Below are positions 11,101-24,900 of a DNA stretch of 64,000 nt, piece after piece. The DNA lies in contig OZ024744.1 of the NCBI GenBank assembly GCA_964016885.1, positions 15,934,001-15,998,000 of the forward strand, read 5' to 3'. Source of the DNA: Eledone cirrhosa. Its lineage: Eukaryota. The notes beneath the pieces are model-generated. The model saw only the letters and a list, made by a program, of their open reading frames with translations, searched no databases and was not told the DNA's origin. The number at the start of each line of letters is the position of its first letter. Position 1 is the stretch's first letter. The translations under genes and the position numbers were made by a program.

Positions 11101-14100
11101 GGAGACAATGAAGGAAGTTGGAGAAGGAAAGTATGAAGGAAGTTGGAAAAGGAGAGTATGAAGGAAGTTGGAGAAGGAGATTATGAAGGAAGTTGAAGAA
11201 GGAGAATATGAAGGAAGTTGCAGAAGGATAATATGAAGGAAGTTGGAGAAGGAGAGTATGAAGGAAGTTGGAGAAGGCGAGTATGAAGGAAATTGGAGAA
11301 GAGTATGAAGGAGGTTGGAGGAGGAGAGTATGAAGGAAGTTGGAGAAGGAGAATATGAAGGAAATTGGAGAAGGAGCGTATGAAGGAAGTTGGAGAAAAA
11401 GAATATGAAGGAAGTTGTGGAAGAAGGTATGAAGGAAGTTGGAGAAGGAGAGTATGAAGAAAGTTGGAGAAGGAGAGTATGAAGGAAGTTGAAGAAAGAT
11501 AATATGAAGGAAGTTGGAGGAGGAGAATATGAAGGAAGTTGGAGAAGGAGAATATGAAGGAAGTTGGAGAAGGAAAATATGAAGGATGTTGGAGAAGGAT
11601 AATATGAAAGAAGTTGGAGAAGGAGAGTATGAAGGAAGTTGTAGAAGGAGCGTATGAAGGAAGTTGGAGAAGGAGATTATGAAGGAAGTTGGAGAAGGAG
11701 AGTATGAAGGAAGTTGCAGAAGGAGCGTATGAAGGAAGTTGGAGAAGGAGAGTATGAAGGAAGTTGAAGGAAGAAAATATGAAGGAAGTTGGAGGAGGAG
11801 AATATGAAGGAATTTGGAGAAGGAAAATATGAAGGATGTTGGAGAAGGATAATATGAAAGAAGTTGGAGAAGGAGAGTATGAAGAAAGTTGAATAAGGAG
11901 AATATGAAGGAAGTTGGAGAAGGAGAGTATGAAGGAAGTTGGAGAAGGAGAATATGAAGGAAGTTGGGGAAGAAGGTATGAAGGAAGTTGGAGAAGGAGA
12001 GTATGAAGGAAGTTGGAGAAGGAGAGTATGAAGGAAGTTGGAGAAGGAGAGTATGAAGTAAGTTGAAGAAGGAGAATAAGAAGGAAGTTGGAGAAGGAGA
12101 GTATGAAGGAAGTTGTAGGAGGAGAATATGAAGGAATTTGAAGAAGGAGAATCTGAAGGAAGTTGGAGAAAGAGAGTATGAAGGAAGTTGAAGGAGGAGA
12201 ATATGAACGAATTTGGAGAAGGAGAGTATGAAGGAAGATGGAGAAGGAGAATCTGAAGGAAGTTGGAGAAGGAGAGTATGAAGGAAGTTGAAGGAGAAGA
12301 ATATGAAGGAAGTTGAAGAAAGAGAATCTGAATGAAGTTGGAGAAGGAGAGTATGAAGGACGTTGAAGAAGGAGAATCTGAAGGAAGTTGGAGAAGGAGA
12401 GTATGAAGGAAGTTGGGGGAGGAGAATATGAAGGAAGTTGAAGGAGGAGAATATGAACGAAGTTGAAGAAGGAGAATATGAAGGAAGTTGAAGGAGGAGA
12501 ATATGAAGGAAGTTGAAGAAGGAGAATCAGAAGGAAGTTGGAGAAGGAGAGAATGAAGGAAGTTGAAGAAGGAGAATCTGAAAGAAGTTGGAGAAGGAGA
12601 GTATGAAGGAAGTTGGAGAAGGAGAATCTGAAGGAAGTTGGAGAAGGAGAGTATGAAGGAAGTTGAAGGTGAAGTATATGAAGGAAGTTGATAAGGAGAA
12701 TCTGAAGGAAGTTGGAGAAAAAGAGTATGAAGGAAGTTGGGGAAGAAGGTATGAAGGAAGTTGGAGAAGAAGAATATGAATTAAGTTGGGGAAGAAGGTA
12801 TGAAAGAAGTTGGAGAAGGAGAATAGGAAGGAAGTTGAAGAAGGAAAATATGAAAGAAGTTGGAGAAGGAGAGTATGCAGCAAGTTAGAGAAGGAGAGTG
12901 TGATCGAAGTTGGAGAAGGAGAGTATGAAGGAAGTTGGAGAAGGAGAATATGAAGGAAGTTGGAAAAGGAGAGTATGAAGGAGGTTGGAGGAGGAGAGTA
13001 TGAAATAAGTTGGAGATGGAGAATATGAAGGAAGTTGGAGAAGGATAATATGAAGGAAGTTGGAGGAGGAGAGTATGAAGGAAGTTGAAGGAGAAGAATA
13101 TGAAGGAAGTTGAAGGAGAATCTGAAGGAAGTTGGAGAAGGAGAGTATGAAGGAAGTTGAAGAAGGAGAATCTGAAGGAAGTTGGAGATGGAGAGCATGA
13201 AGGAAGTTAGAGAAGGAGAATATGAAGGAAATTGAAGGAAGAGTATATGAACGAAGTTGGAGAAGGAGAATATGAAAGAAGTTGAAGGAGGAGAATATGA
13301 AGGAAGTTGAAGAAGGAGAATCAGAAGGAAGTTGGAGAAGGAGAGTATGAAGGAAGTTGAAGAAGGAGAATCTGAAAGAAGTTGGAGAAGGAGAGTATGA
13401 AGGAAGTTGGAGATGGAGAATCTGAAGGAAGTTGGAGAAAGAGAGTATGAAGGAATTTGAAGGAGAAGAATATGAAGGAAGTTGAAGAAGGAGAATCTGA
13501 AGGAAGTTGGACAAGGAGAGCATGAATGAAGTTGAAGAAGGAGAATCTGAAGGAAGTTGGAGGAGAGTATGAAGGAAGTTGGAGAAAGAGACTATGAAGG
13601 AAGTTGAAGGAGGAGTATATGAACGAAGTTGGAGATGGAGAATATGAAGAAAGTTGAAGTAGGAGAATATGAAGTAAGTTGAAGAAGGAGAATCAGAAGG
13701 AAGTTGGAGAAGGAGAATATGAAGGAAGTTGAAGGAGCAGAATATGAAGGAAGTTGGAGAAGGAGAGTATGGAGGAAGTTGGAGAAGGAGAATATGAAGG
13801 AATTTGGAGAAGGAGAGTATGAAGGAAGTTGGAGAAGGAGAATATGAAGAAAGTTGAAGGAGGAGAATATGAAGGAAGTTGGAGGAGGAGAGTATGAAGG
13901 AAGTTGGAGAAGGAGAGTATGAAGGAGGTTGGAGAAGGAGAATATGAAGGAAGTTGGAGAAGGAGAGTATGAAGGAGCTTGGAATTGTAGAGTATGAAGG
14001 AAGTTGGAGAAGGATAATATGAAGGAAGTTGGAGAAGCAGAGTATGAAGGATGTTGGAGAAGGAGAGTATGAAGGAAGTTGGAGAAGGAGAGTATGAAGG

Positions 14101-14555
14101 AAGTTTGAGAAGGAGAATATGAAGGAAGTTGGAGGAGGAGAGTATGAAGGAAGTTGGAGAAGGAGAATCTGACGGACGTTGGAGAAGGAGAGTAGGAAAG
14201 AAGTTGGAGAAGGATAATATGAAGGAAGTTGGTTAAGGAGAATATGAAGGAAGTTGAAGGAGGAGAATATTAAAGAAGTTGGAAAAGGAGAGTATGAAGG
14301 AAGTTGGAGAAAGAGAATCTGAAGGAAGTTGGAGAAGGAGAGTATGAAGGAAGTTGGAGAAGGAGACTATGAAGGAAGTTGGAGAAGGAAAGTATGAAGG
14401 AAGTTGGAGAAGGAGAGTATGAAGGAAGTTGGAGAAGGAGATTATGAAGGAAGTTGGAGAAGGCGAGTATGAAGGAAGTTGGAGAAGGAGCGTATGATGG
14501 AAGTTGGAGAAGGAGATTATGAAGGAAGTTGAATAAGGAGAATATGAAGGAAGTT
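5108..14555 (+). repeat. About 3.8-kb higher-order repeat, three partial copies (about 5108-7880, 8941-11716, 13075-14555)
   Basis: Rare marker GGAGCTTGGAATTGTAGAG at 6281, 10114 and 13974 (offsets 3,833 and 3,860). CTGACGGACG at 6476, 10309, 14169. ORF pairs 5159/8992 and 6577/10410. Confidence 0.88.
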
Positions 14556-17500
14556 GGAAAAGGAGAGTATGAAGGAGGTTGGAGGAGGAGAGTATGAAAG
14601 AAGTTGGAGATGGAGAATATGAAGGAAGTTGGAGAAGGATAATATGAAGGAAGTTGGAGGAGGAGAGTATGAAGGAAGTTGGAGAAGGAGAATCTGACGG
14701 ACGTTGGAGAAGGAGAGTAGGAAAGAAGTTGGAGAAGGATAATATGAAGGAAGTTGGATAAGGAGAATATGACGGAAGTTGAAGTAGGAGAATATTAAAG
14801 AAGTTGGAAAAGGAGAGTATAAAGGAAGTTAGAGAAAGAGAATCTGAAGGAAGTTGGAGAAGGAGAGTATGAAGGAAGTTGGAGAAGGAGACTATGAAGG
14901 AAGTTGGAGAAGGAAAGTATGAAGGAAGTTGGAGAAGGAGATTATGTAGGAAGTTGGAGAAGGAGAGTATGAAGGAAGTTGGAGAAGGAGCGTATGATGG
15001 AAGTTGGAGAAGGAGATTATGAAGGAAGTTGAATAAGGAGAATATGAAGGAAGTTGGAGAAGGAGAGTATGAAGGAAGTTGGAGAAGGAGAGTATGAAGG
15101 GGGCTGGAGGAGGAGAATATGAAGGAAGTTGGAGAAGGAGAGTATGAAGGAAGTTGGAGAAGTAGAATATGAAGGAAGTTGGGGAAGAAGGTATGAAGGA
15201 AGTTGGAGAAGGAGAGTGTGAAGGAAGTTGGAGATGGAGAGTATGAAGGAAGTTGAAGAAGGAGAGTATGAAGGAAGTTGGAGAAGTAGAGTATGAAGGA
15301 AGTTGGAGATGGAGAGTATGAAGGAAGTTGAATAAGGAGAATATCAAGGAAGTTGGAGAATGAGAGTGTGATTGAAGTTGGATAAGAAGAGTATGAAGGA
15401 AGTTGGAGAAGGAGAATATGAAGGAAGTTGCAAAAGGAGAGTATGAAGGAGGTTGGAGGAGGAGAGTATGAAGGAAGTTGGAGATGGAGAATATGAAGGA
15501 AGTTGGAGAAGGATAATATGAAGGAAGTTGGAGAAGGAGTGTATGAAGGAAGTTGGAGAAGGAGAATATGAAGGAAGTTGAAGGAGGAGAATATGAAGGA
15601 AGTTGAAGAAGGAGAATATGAAGGAAGTTGGAGAAGGAGAGTATGAAGGAAGTTGAAGGAAGAAAATATGAAGGAAGTTGGAGAAGGAGAGTATGAAGGA
15701 AGTTGGAGAAGGAGAATATGAAGGAAGTTGAAGAAGGAGAATATGAAGGAAGTTGCAGAAGGATAATATGAAGGCAGTTGGAGAAGGAGAGTATGAAGGA
15801 AGTTGAAGGAAGAAAATATGAAGGAAGTTGGAGGAGGAGAATATGAAGGAAGTTGGAGAAGGAGAATATGAAGGAAGTTGGAGAAGGAAAATATGAAGGA
15901 TGTTGGAGAAGGGTAATATGAAAGAAGTTCGAGAAGGAGAGTATGAAGGAAGTTGGTGAAGGAGAGTATGAAGGAAGTTGGAGAAGGAGATTATGAAGGA
16001 AGTTGGAGAAGGAGAGTATGAAGGAAGTTGGAGAAGGAGAATATGAAGCAAGTTGGGGAAGAAGGTATGAAGGATGTTGGAGAAGGAGAGTATGAAGGAA
16101 GTTGGAGAAGGAGAATCTGAAGGAAGTTGGAGAAGGAGAGTATGAAGGATCTTGGAGAAGCAGAGTATGAAGAAAGTTGGAGAAGGAGGATAGGAATGAA
16201 GTTGTGGAGGAAGGTATGAAAGAAGTTGGAGAAGGAGAATATGAAGGAAGTTAAAGGAGGGGAATATGAAGGAGTTGAAGAAGGAAAATATGAAAGAAGT
16301 TGGAGAAGGAGAGTATGCAGGAAGTTAGAGAAGGAGAGTATGAAGGAAGTTGGAGATGGAGAGTATGAAGGAAGTTGAAGAAGGAGAATATGAAGGAAGT
16401 TGCAGAAGGATAATATGAAGGAAGTTGGAGAAGGAGAGTATGAAGGAAGTTGGAGAAGGCGAGTATGAAGGAAATTGGAGAAGAGTATGAAGGAGGTTGG
16501 AGGAGGAGAGTATGAAGGAAGTTGGAGAAGGAGAATATGAAGGAAATTGGAGAAGGAGCGTATGAAGGAAGTTGGAGAAAAATAATATGAAGGAAGTTGT
16601 GGAAGAAGGTATGAAGGAAGTTGGAGAAGGAGAGTATGAAGAAAGTTGGAGAAGGAGAGTATGAAGGAAGTTGAAGAAAGATAATATGAAGGAAGTTGGA
16701 GGAGGAGAATATGAAGGAAGTTGGAGAAGGAGAATATGAAGGAAGTTGGAGAAGGAAAATATGAAGGATGTTGGAGAAGGATAATATGAAAGAAGTTGGA
16801 GAAGGAGAGTATGAAGGAAGTTGTAGAAGGAGCGTATGAAGGAAGTTGGAGAAGGAGATTATGAAGGAAGTTGGAGAAGGAGAGTATGAAGGAAGTTGCA
16901 GAAGGAGCGTATGAAGGAAGTTGGAGAAGGAGAGTATGAAGGAAGTTGGAGAAGGAGAATATGAAGGAAGTTGGGGAAGAAGGTATGAAGGAAGTTGGAG
17001 AAGGAGAGTATGAAGGAAGTTGGAGAAGGAGAGTATGAAGGAAGTTGGAGAAGGAGAGTATGAAGTAAGTTGAAGAAGGAGAATAAGAAAGAAGTTGGAG
17101 AAGGAGAGTATGAAGGAAGTTGTAGGAGGAGAATATGAAGGAATTTGAAGAAGGAGAATCTGAAGGAAGTTGGAGAAAGAGAGTATGAAGGAAGTTGAAG
17201 GAGGAGAATATGAACGAATTTGGAGAAGGAGAGTATGAAGGAAGATGGAGAAGGAGAATCTGAAGGAAGTTGGAGAAGGAGAGTATGAAGGAAGTTGAAG
17301 GAGAAGAATATGAAGGAAGTTGAAGAAAGAGAATCTGAATGAAGTTGGAGAAGGAGAGTATGAAGGACGTTGAAGAAGGAGAATCTGAAGGAAGTTGGAG
17401 AAGGAGAGTATGAAGGAAGTTGGGGGAGGAGAATATGAAGGAAGTTGAAGGAGGAGAATATGAACGAAGTTGAAGAAGGAGAATATGAAGGAAGTTGAAG

Positions 17501-19634
17501 GAGGAGAATATGAAGGAAGTTGAAGAAGGAGAATCAGAAGGAAGTTGGAGAAGGAGAGAATGAAGGAAGTTGAAGAAGGAGAATCTGAAAGAAGTTGGAG
17601 AAGGAGAGTATGAAGGAAGTTGGAGAAGGAGAATCTGAAGGAAGTTGGAGAAAAAGAGTATGAAGGAAGTTGGGGAAGAAGGTATGAAGGAAGTTGGAGA
17701 AGAAGAATATGAATTAAGTTGGGGAAGAAGGTATGAAAGAAGTTGGAGAAGGAGAATAGGAAGGAAGTTGAAGAAGGAAAATATGAAAGAAGTTGGAGAA
17801 GGAGAGTATGCAGCAAGTTAGAGAAGGAGAGTGTGATCGAAGTTGGAGAAGGAGAGTATGAAGGAAGTTGGAGAAGGAGAATATGAAGGAAGTTGGAAAA
17901 GGCGAGTATGAAGGAGGTTGGAGGAGGAGAGTATGAAAGAAGTTGGAGATGGAGAATATGAAGGAAGTTGGAGAAGGATAATATGAAGGAAGTTGGAGGA
18001 GGAGAGTATGAAGGAAGTTGGAGAAGGAGAATCTGACGGACGTTGGAGAAGGAGAGTAGGAAAGAAGTTGGAGAAGGATAATATGAAGGAAGTTGGATAA
18101 GGAGAATATGACGGAAGTTGAAGGAGGAGAATATTAAAGAAGTTGGAAAAGGAGAGTATAAAGGAAGTTAGAGAAAGAGAATCTGAAGGAAGTTGGAGAA
18201 GGAGAGTATGAAGGAAGTTGGAGAAGGAGACTATGAAGGAAGTTGGAGAAGGAAAGTATGAAGGAAGTTGGAGAAGGAGATTATGTAGGAAGTTGGAGAA
18301 GGAGAGTATGAAGGAAGTTGGAGAAGGAGCGTATGATGGAAGTTGGAGAAGGAGATTATGAAGGAAGTTGAATAAGGAGAATATGAAGGAAGTTGGAGAA
18401 GGAGAGTATGAAGGAAGTTGGAGAAGGAGAGTATGAAGGGGGCTGGAGGAGGAGAATATGAAGGAAGTTGGAGAAGGAGAGTATGAAGGAAGTTGGAGAA
18501 GTAGAATATGAAGGAAGTTGGGGAAGAAGGTATGAAGGAAGTTGGAGAAGGAGAGTGTGAAGGAAGTTGGAGATGGAGAGTATGAAGGAAGTTGAAGAAG
18601 GAGAGTATGAAGGAAGTTGGAGAAGTAGAGTATGAAGGAAGTTGGAGATGGAGAGTATGAAGGAAGTTGAATAAGGAGAATATCAAGGAAGTTGGAGAAT
18701 GAGAGTGTGATTGAAGTTGGATAAGAAGAGTATGAAGGAAGTTGGAGAAGGAGAATATGAAGGAAGTTGGAGAAGGATAATATGAAGGAAGTTGGAGAAG
18801 GAGTGTATGAAGGAAGTTGGAGAAGGAGAATATGAAGGAAGTTGAAGGAGGAGAATATGAAGGAAGTTGAAGAAGGAGAATATGAAGGAAGTTGGAGAAG
18901 GAGAGTATGAAGGAAGTTGAAGGAAGAAAATATGAAGGAAGTTGGAGAAGGAGAGTATGAAGGAAGTTGGAGAAGGAGAATATGAAGGAAGTTGAAGAAG
19001 GAGAATATGAAGGAAGTTGCAGAAGGATAATATGAAGGCAGTTGGAGAAGGAGAGTATGAAGGAAGTTGAAGGAAGAAAATATGAAGGAAGTTGGAGGAG
19101 GAGAATATGAAGGAAGTTGGAGAAGGAGAATATGAAGGAAGTTGGAGAAGGAAAATATGAAGGATGTTGGAGAAGGGTAATATGAAAGAAGTTCGAGAAG
19201 GAGAGTATGAAGGAAGTTGGTGAAGGAGAGTATGAAGGAAGTTGGAGAAGGAGATTATGAAGGAAGTTGGAGAAGGAGAGTATGAAGGAAGTTGGAGAAG
19301 GAGAATATGAAGCAAGTTGGGGAAGAAGGTATGAAGGATGTTGGAGAAGGAGAGTATGAAGGAAGTTGGAGAAGGAGAATCTGAAGGAAGTTGGAGAAGG
19401 AGAGTATGAAGGATCTTGGAGAAGCAGAGTATGAAGAAAGTTGGAGAAGGAGGATAGGAATGAAGTTGTGGAGGAAGGTATGAAAGAAGTTGGAGAAGGA
19501 GAATATGAAGGAAGTTAAAGGAGGGGAATATGAAGGAGTTGAAGAAGGAAAATATGAAAGAAGTTGGAGAAGGAGAGTATGCAGGAAGTTAGAGAAGGAG
19601 AGTATGAAGGAAGTTGGAGATGGAGAGTATGAAG
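14545..19634 (+). repeat. Duplicated ~1.8-kb block at 3,339-bp offset (about 14545-16370 and 17884-19634)
   Basis: Identical 151-aa ORFs at 14892..15347 and 18231..18686. CTGACGGACG at 14694 and 18033. The second copy lacks 75 bp (3 monomers): 235-aa vs 210-aa ORFs. Confidence 0.88.
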
Positions 19635-21949
19635 TAAGTTGAATAAGGAGAATATCAAGGAAGTTGGAGAAGGAGAGTGTGATTGAAGTTGGAGAAGGAG
19701 AGTATGAAGGAAGTTGGAGAAGGAGAATATGAAGGAAGTTGGAAAAGGAGAGTATGAAGGAGGTTGGGGGAGGAGAGTATGAAGGAAGTTGGAGATGGAG
19801 AATATGAAGGAAGTTGGAGAAGGATAATATGAGGGAAGTTGGAGAAGGAGTGTATGAAGGAAGTTGGAGAAGGAGAATATGAAGGAAGTTGAAGGAGGAG
19901 AATATTAAGGAAGTTGAAGAAGGAGGATATGAAGGAATTTGGAGAAGGAGAGTATGAAGGAAGTTGGAGAAGGAGAGTATGAAGGAAGTTGGAGAAGGAG
20001 AGTATGAAGGAGGTTGGAGGAGGAGAGTATGAAGGAAGTTAGAGAAGGAGAATATGAAGGAAGTTGGAGAAGGAGAGTATGAAGGAAGTTGGAGAAAAAG
20101 AACATGAAGGAAGGTGTGGAAGAAGGTATGAAGGAAGTTGGAGAAGGAGAGTATGAAGAAAGTTGGAGAAGGAGAGTATGAAGGAAGTTGAAGGAAGAAA
20201 ATATGAAGGAATTTGGAGGAGGAGAATATGAAGGAAGTTGGATAAGGAGAATATGAAGGAAGTTGGAGAAGGAAAATATGAGGGATGTTGGAGAAGGATA
20301 ATATGAAAGAAGTTGGAGAAGGAGAGTATGAAGGAAGTTGGAGAAGGAGAGTATGAAGTAAGTTGGAGAAGGAGATTATGAAGGAAGTTGGAGAAGGAGA
20401 GTATGAAGGAAGTTGGAGAAGGAGATTATGAAGGAAGTTGGAGAAGGAGAGTATGAAGGAAGTTGAAGAAGGAGAATATGAAGGAAGTTGGAGAAGAAGA
20501 GTATGAAGGAAGTTGAAGGAGGAGAACATGAAGGAAGTTGAAGAAGGAGAATCTGAAGGAAGTTGGAGAAGGAGAGTATGAAGGAAGTTGAAGGAGGAGA
20601 ATATGAAGGAAGTTGAAGGAGGAGAATATGAACGAATTTGGAGAAGGAGAGTATGAAGGAAGTTGGAGAATGAGAATCTGAAGGAAGTTGGAGAAGGAGA
20701 GTATGAAGGAAGTTGGAGAAGGAGAATCTGAAGGAAGTTGGAGAAGGAGAGTATGAAGGAAGTTGGAGAAGGATAATATGAAGGAAGTTGGAGAAGCAGA
20801 GTATGAAGGATGTTGGAGAAGGAGAGTATGAAGGAAGTTGGAGAAGGAGAGTATGAAGGAAGTTTGAGAAGGAGAATATGAAGGAAGTTGGAGGAGGAGA
20901 GTATGAAGGAAGTTGGAGAAGGAGAATCTGACGGACGTTGGAGAAGGAGAGTAGGAAGGAAGTTGAAGGAGGAGAATATTAAAGAAGTTGGAAAAGGAGA
21001 GTATGAAGGAAGTTGGAGAAGGAGACTATGAAGGAAGTTGGAGAAGGAAAGTATGAAGGAAGTTGGAGAAGGAGAGTATGAAGGAAGTTGGAGAAGGAGA
21101 TTATGAAGGAAGTTGGAGAAGGCGAGTATGAAGGAAGTTGGAGAAGGAGCGTATGATGGAAGTTGGAGAAGGAGATTATGAAGGAAGTTGAATAAGGAGA
21201 ATATGAAGGAAGTTGGAGAAGGAGAGTATGAAGGAAGTTAGAGAAGGAGAGTATGAAGGGGGCTGGAGGAGGAGAATATGAAGGAAGTTGGAGAAGGAGA
21301 GTATGAAGGAAGTTGGAGAAGTAGAATATGAAGGAAGTTGGGGAAGAAGGTATAAAGGAAGTTGGAGAAGGAGAGTCTGAAGGATGTTGGAGATGGAGAG
21401 TATGAAGGAAGTTGAAGAAGGAGAGTATGAAGGAAGTTGGAGAAGTAGAGTATGAAGGAAGTTGGAGATGGAGAGTATGAAGGAAGTTGAATAAGGAGAA
21501 TATCAAGGAAGTTGAAGAAGGAGAATATGAAGGAAGTTGGAGAAGGAGAGTATGAAGGAAGTTGAAGGAAGAAAATATGAAGGAAGTTGGAGAAGGAGAG
21601 TATGAAGGAAGTTGGAGAAGGAGACTATGAAGGAAGTTGGAGAAGGAAAGTATGAAGGAAGTTGGAGAAGGAGAGTATGAAGGAAGTTGGAGAAGGAGAT
21701 TATGAAGGAAGTTGAAGAAGGAGAATATGAAGGAAGTTGCAGAAGGATAATATGAAGGAAGTTGGAGAAGGAGAGTATGAAGGAAGTTGGAGGAGGAGAG
21801 TATGAAGGAAGTTGGAGAAGGAGAATATGAAGGAAATTGGAGAAGGAGCGTATGAAGGAAGTTGGAGAAAAAGAATATGAAGGAAGTTGTGGAAGAAGGT
21901 ATGAAGGAAGTTGGAGAAGGAGAGTATGAAGAAAGTTGGAGAAGGAGAG

Positions 21950-24900
21950 TATGAAGGAAGTTGAAGGAAGAAAATATGAAGGAAGTTGGAGGAGGAGAAT
22001 ATGAAGGAAGTTGGAGAAGGAGAATATGAAGGAAGTTGGAGAAGGAAAATATGAAGGATGTTGGAGAAGGATAATATGAAAGAAGTTGGAGAAGGAGAGT
22101 ATGAAGGAAGTTGTAGAAGGAGCGTATGAAGGAAGTTGGTGAAGGAGATTATGAAGGAAGTTGGAGAAGGAGAGTATGAAGGAAGTTGCAGAAGGAGCGT
22201 ATGAAGGAAGTTGGAGAAGGAGAGTATGAAGGAAGTTGAAGGAAGAAAATATGAAGTAAGTTGGAGGAGGAGAATATGAAGGAATTTGGAGAAGGAAAAT
22301 ATGAAGGATGTTGGAGAAGGATAATATGAAAGAAGTTGGAGAAGGAGAGTATGAAGGAAGTTGTAGAAGGAGCGTATGAAGGAAGTTGGGGAAGAAGGTA
22401 TGAAGGAAGTTGGAGAAGGAGAGTATGAAGGAAGTTGGAGAAGCAGAGTATGAAGGAAGTTGGAGAAGGAGAGTATGAAGTAAGTTGAAGAAGGAGAATA
22501 AGAAGGAAGTTGGAGAAGGAGAGTATGAAGGAAGTTGTAGGAGGAGAATATGAAGGAATTTGAAGAAGGAGAATCTGAAGGAAGTTGGAGAAAGAGAGTA
22601 TGAAGGAAGTTGAAGGAGGAGAATATGAAGGAAGTTGAAGGAGGAGAATATGAAGGAAGTTGAAGAAAGAGAATCTGAAGGAAGTTGGAGAAGGAGAGTA
22701 TGAAGGACGTTGAAGAAGGAGAATCTGAAGGAAGTTGGAGAAGGAGAGTATGAAGGAAGTTGGGGGAGGAGAATATGAACGAAGTTGAAGGAGGAGAATA
22801 TGAACGAAGTTGAAGAAGGAGAATATGAAGGAAGTTCAAGGAGGAGAATATGAAGGAAGTTGAAGAAGGAGAATCAGAAGGAAGTTGGAGAAGGAGAGAA
22901 TGAAGCAAGTTGAATAAGGAGAATCTGAAAGAAGTTGGAGAAGGAGAGTATGAAGGAAGTTGGAGAAGGAGAATCTGAAGGAAGTTGGAGAAGGAGAGTA
23001 TGAAGGAAGTTGAAGGTGAAGTATATGAAGGAAGTTGAAGAAGGAGAATCTGAAGGAAGTTGGAGAAAATGAGTATGAAGGAAGTTGGGGAAGAAGGTAT
23101 GAAGGAAGTTGGAGAAGAAGAATATGAATTAAGTTGGGGAAGAAGGTATGAAAGAAGTTGGAGAAGGAGAATATGAAGGAAGTTGAATAAGGAGAATATG
23201 AAGGAAGTTGAAGAAGAATATGAAAGAAGTTGGAGAAGGAGAGTATGCAGGAAGTTAGAGAAGGAGAGTGTGATTGAAGTTGGAGAAGGAGAGTATGAAG
23301 GAAGTGGGAGAAGGAGAATATGAAGGAAGATGGAAAAGGAGAGTATGAAGGAGGTTGGAGGAGGAGAGTATGAAAAAAGTTGGAGATGGAGAATATGAAG
23401 GAAGTTGGAGAAGGATAATATGAAGGAAGTTGGAGGAGGAGAGTATGAAGGAAGTTGGAGAAGGAGAATGTGACGGACGTTGGAGAAGGAGAGTAGGAAA
23501 GAAGTTGGAGAAGGATAATATGAAGGAAGTTGGATAAGGAGAATATGACGGAAGTTGAAGGAGGAGAATATTAAAGAAGTTGGAAAAGGAGAGTATGAAG
23601 GAAGTTGGAGAAAGAGAATCTGAAGGAAGTTGGAGAAGGAAAGTATGAAGGAAGTTGGAGAAGGAGAGTATGAAGGAAGTTGGAGAAGGAGCTTATGTAG
23701 GAAGTTGGAGAAGGAGAGTATGAAGGAAGTTGGAGAAGGAGCGTATGATGGAAGTTGGAGAAGGAGATTATGAAGGAAGTTGAATAAGGAGAATATGAAG
23801 GAAGTTGGAGAAGGAGAGTGTGAAGGAAGTTGGAGAAGGAGAGTATGAAGGGGGCTGGAGGAGCAGAATATGAAGGAAGTTGGAGAAGGAGAGTATGAAG
23901 GAAGTTGGAGAAGTAGAATATGAAGGAAGTTGGGGAAGAAGGTATGAAGGAAGTTGGAGAAGGAGAGTATGAAGGAAGTTGAAAAAGGAGAATCTGAAAG
24001 AAGTTGGAGAAGGAGAGTATGAAGGAAGTTGGAGAAGGAGAATATGAAGGAAGTTGGAGGAGGAGAACATGAAGGAAGTTGGAGAAGGAGAGTATGAAGG
24101 AAGTTGGAGAAGGAGAGTATGAAGGAAGTTGGAGAAGGAGAGTATGAAGGAAGTTGGAGAAGGAGAACATGAAGGAAGTTGAAGGAGTAGAATATGAAGA
24201 AAGTTGGAAAAGGAGAGTATGAAGGAAGTTGGAGAAGGAGAATCAGAAGGAATTCGGAGAAGGAGAGTATGAAGGAAGTTGAAGGAGGAGAATATGAAGG
24301 AAGTTGAAGAAGGAGAATCTGAAGGAAGTTGGAGAAGGAGAGTATGAAGGAAGTTGAAGAAAGAGAATCTGAAGGAAGTTGGAGAAGGAGAGTATGAAGG
24401 AAGTTGGGGGAGGAGAACATGAAGGAAGTTGAAGTAGGAGAATATGAACGAAGTTGGAGAAGGAGAAACATGAAGGAATTTGAAGGGGGAGAATATGAAG
24501 GAAGTTGAAGAAGGAGAATCAGAAAGAAGTTGGAAAAGGATAGTATGAAAGAATTTGGTGAAGGAGAATATGAAGGAAGTTGGAGAAGGAGAGAATGAAG
24601 GAAGTTGAAGGAGGAGAATATGAAGTAAGTTGAAGAAGGAGAATCTGAAGGAAGTTGGAGAAGGAGAGTATGAAGGAAGTTGAAGAAGGAGAATCTGAAG
24701 GAAGTTGGAGAAGGAGAATATGAAGGAAGTTGGAGGAGAGTATGAAGGAAGTTGGAGAAGGAGAATATGAAGGAAGTTGAAGGAGGGGAATATAAACGAA
24801 TTTGGAGAAGGAGAATATGAACGAAGTTGGAGAAGGAGAGTATGAAGGAAGTTGGAGAAGGAGAATATGAAGGAAATTGAAGGAGGAGAATATGAACGAA

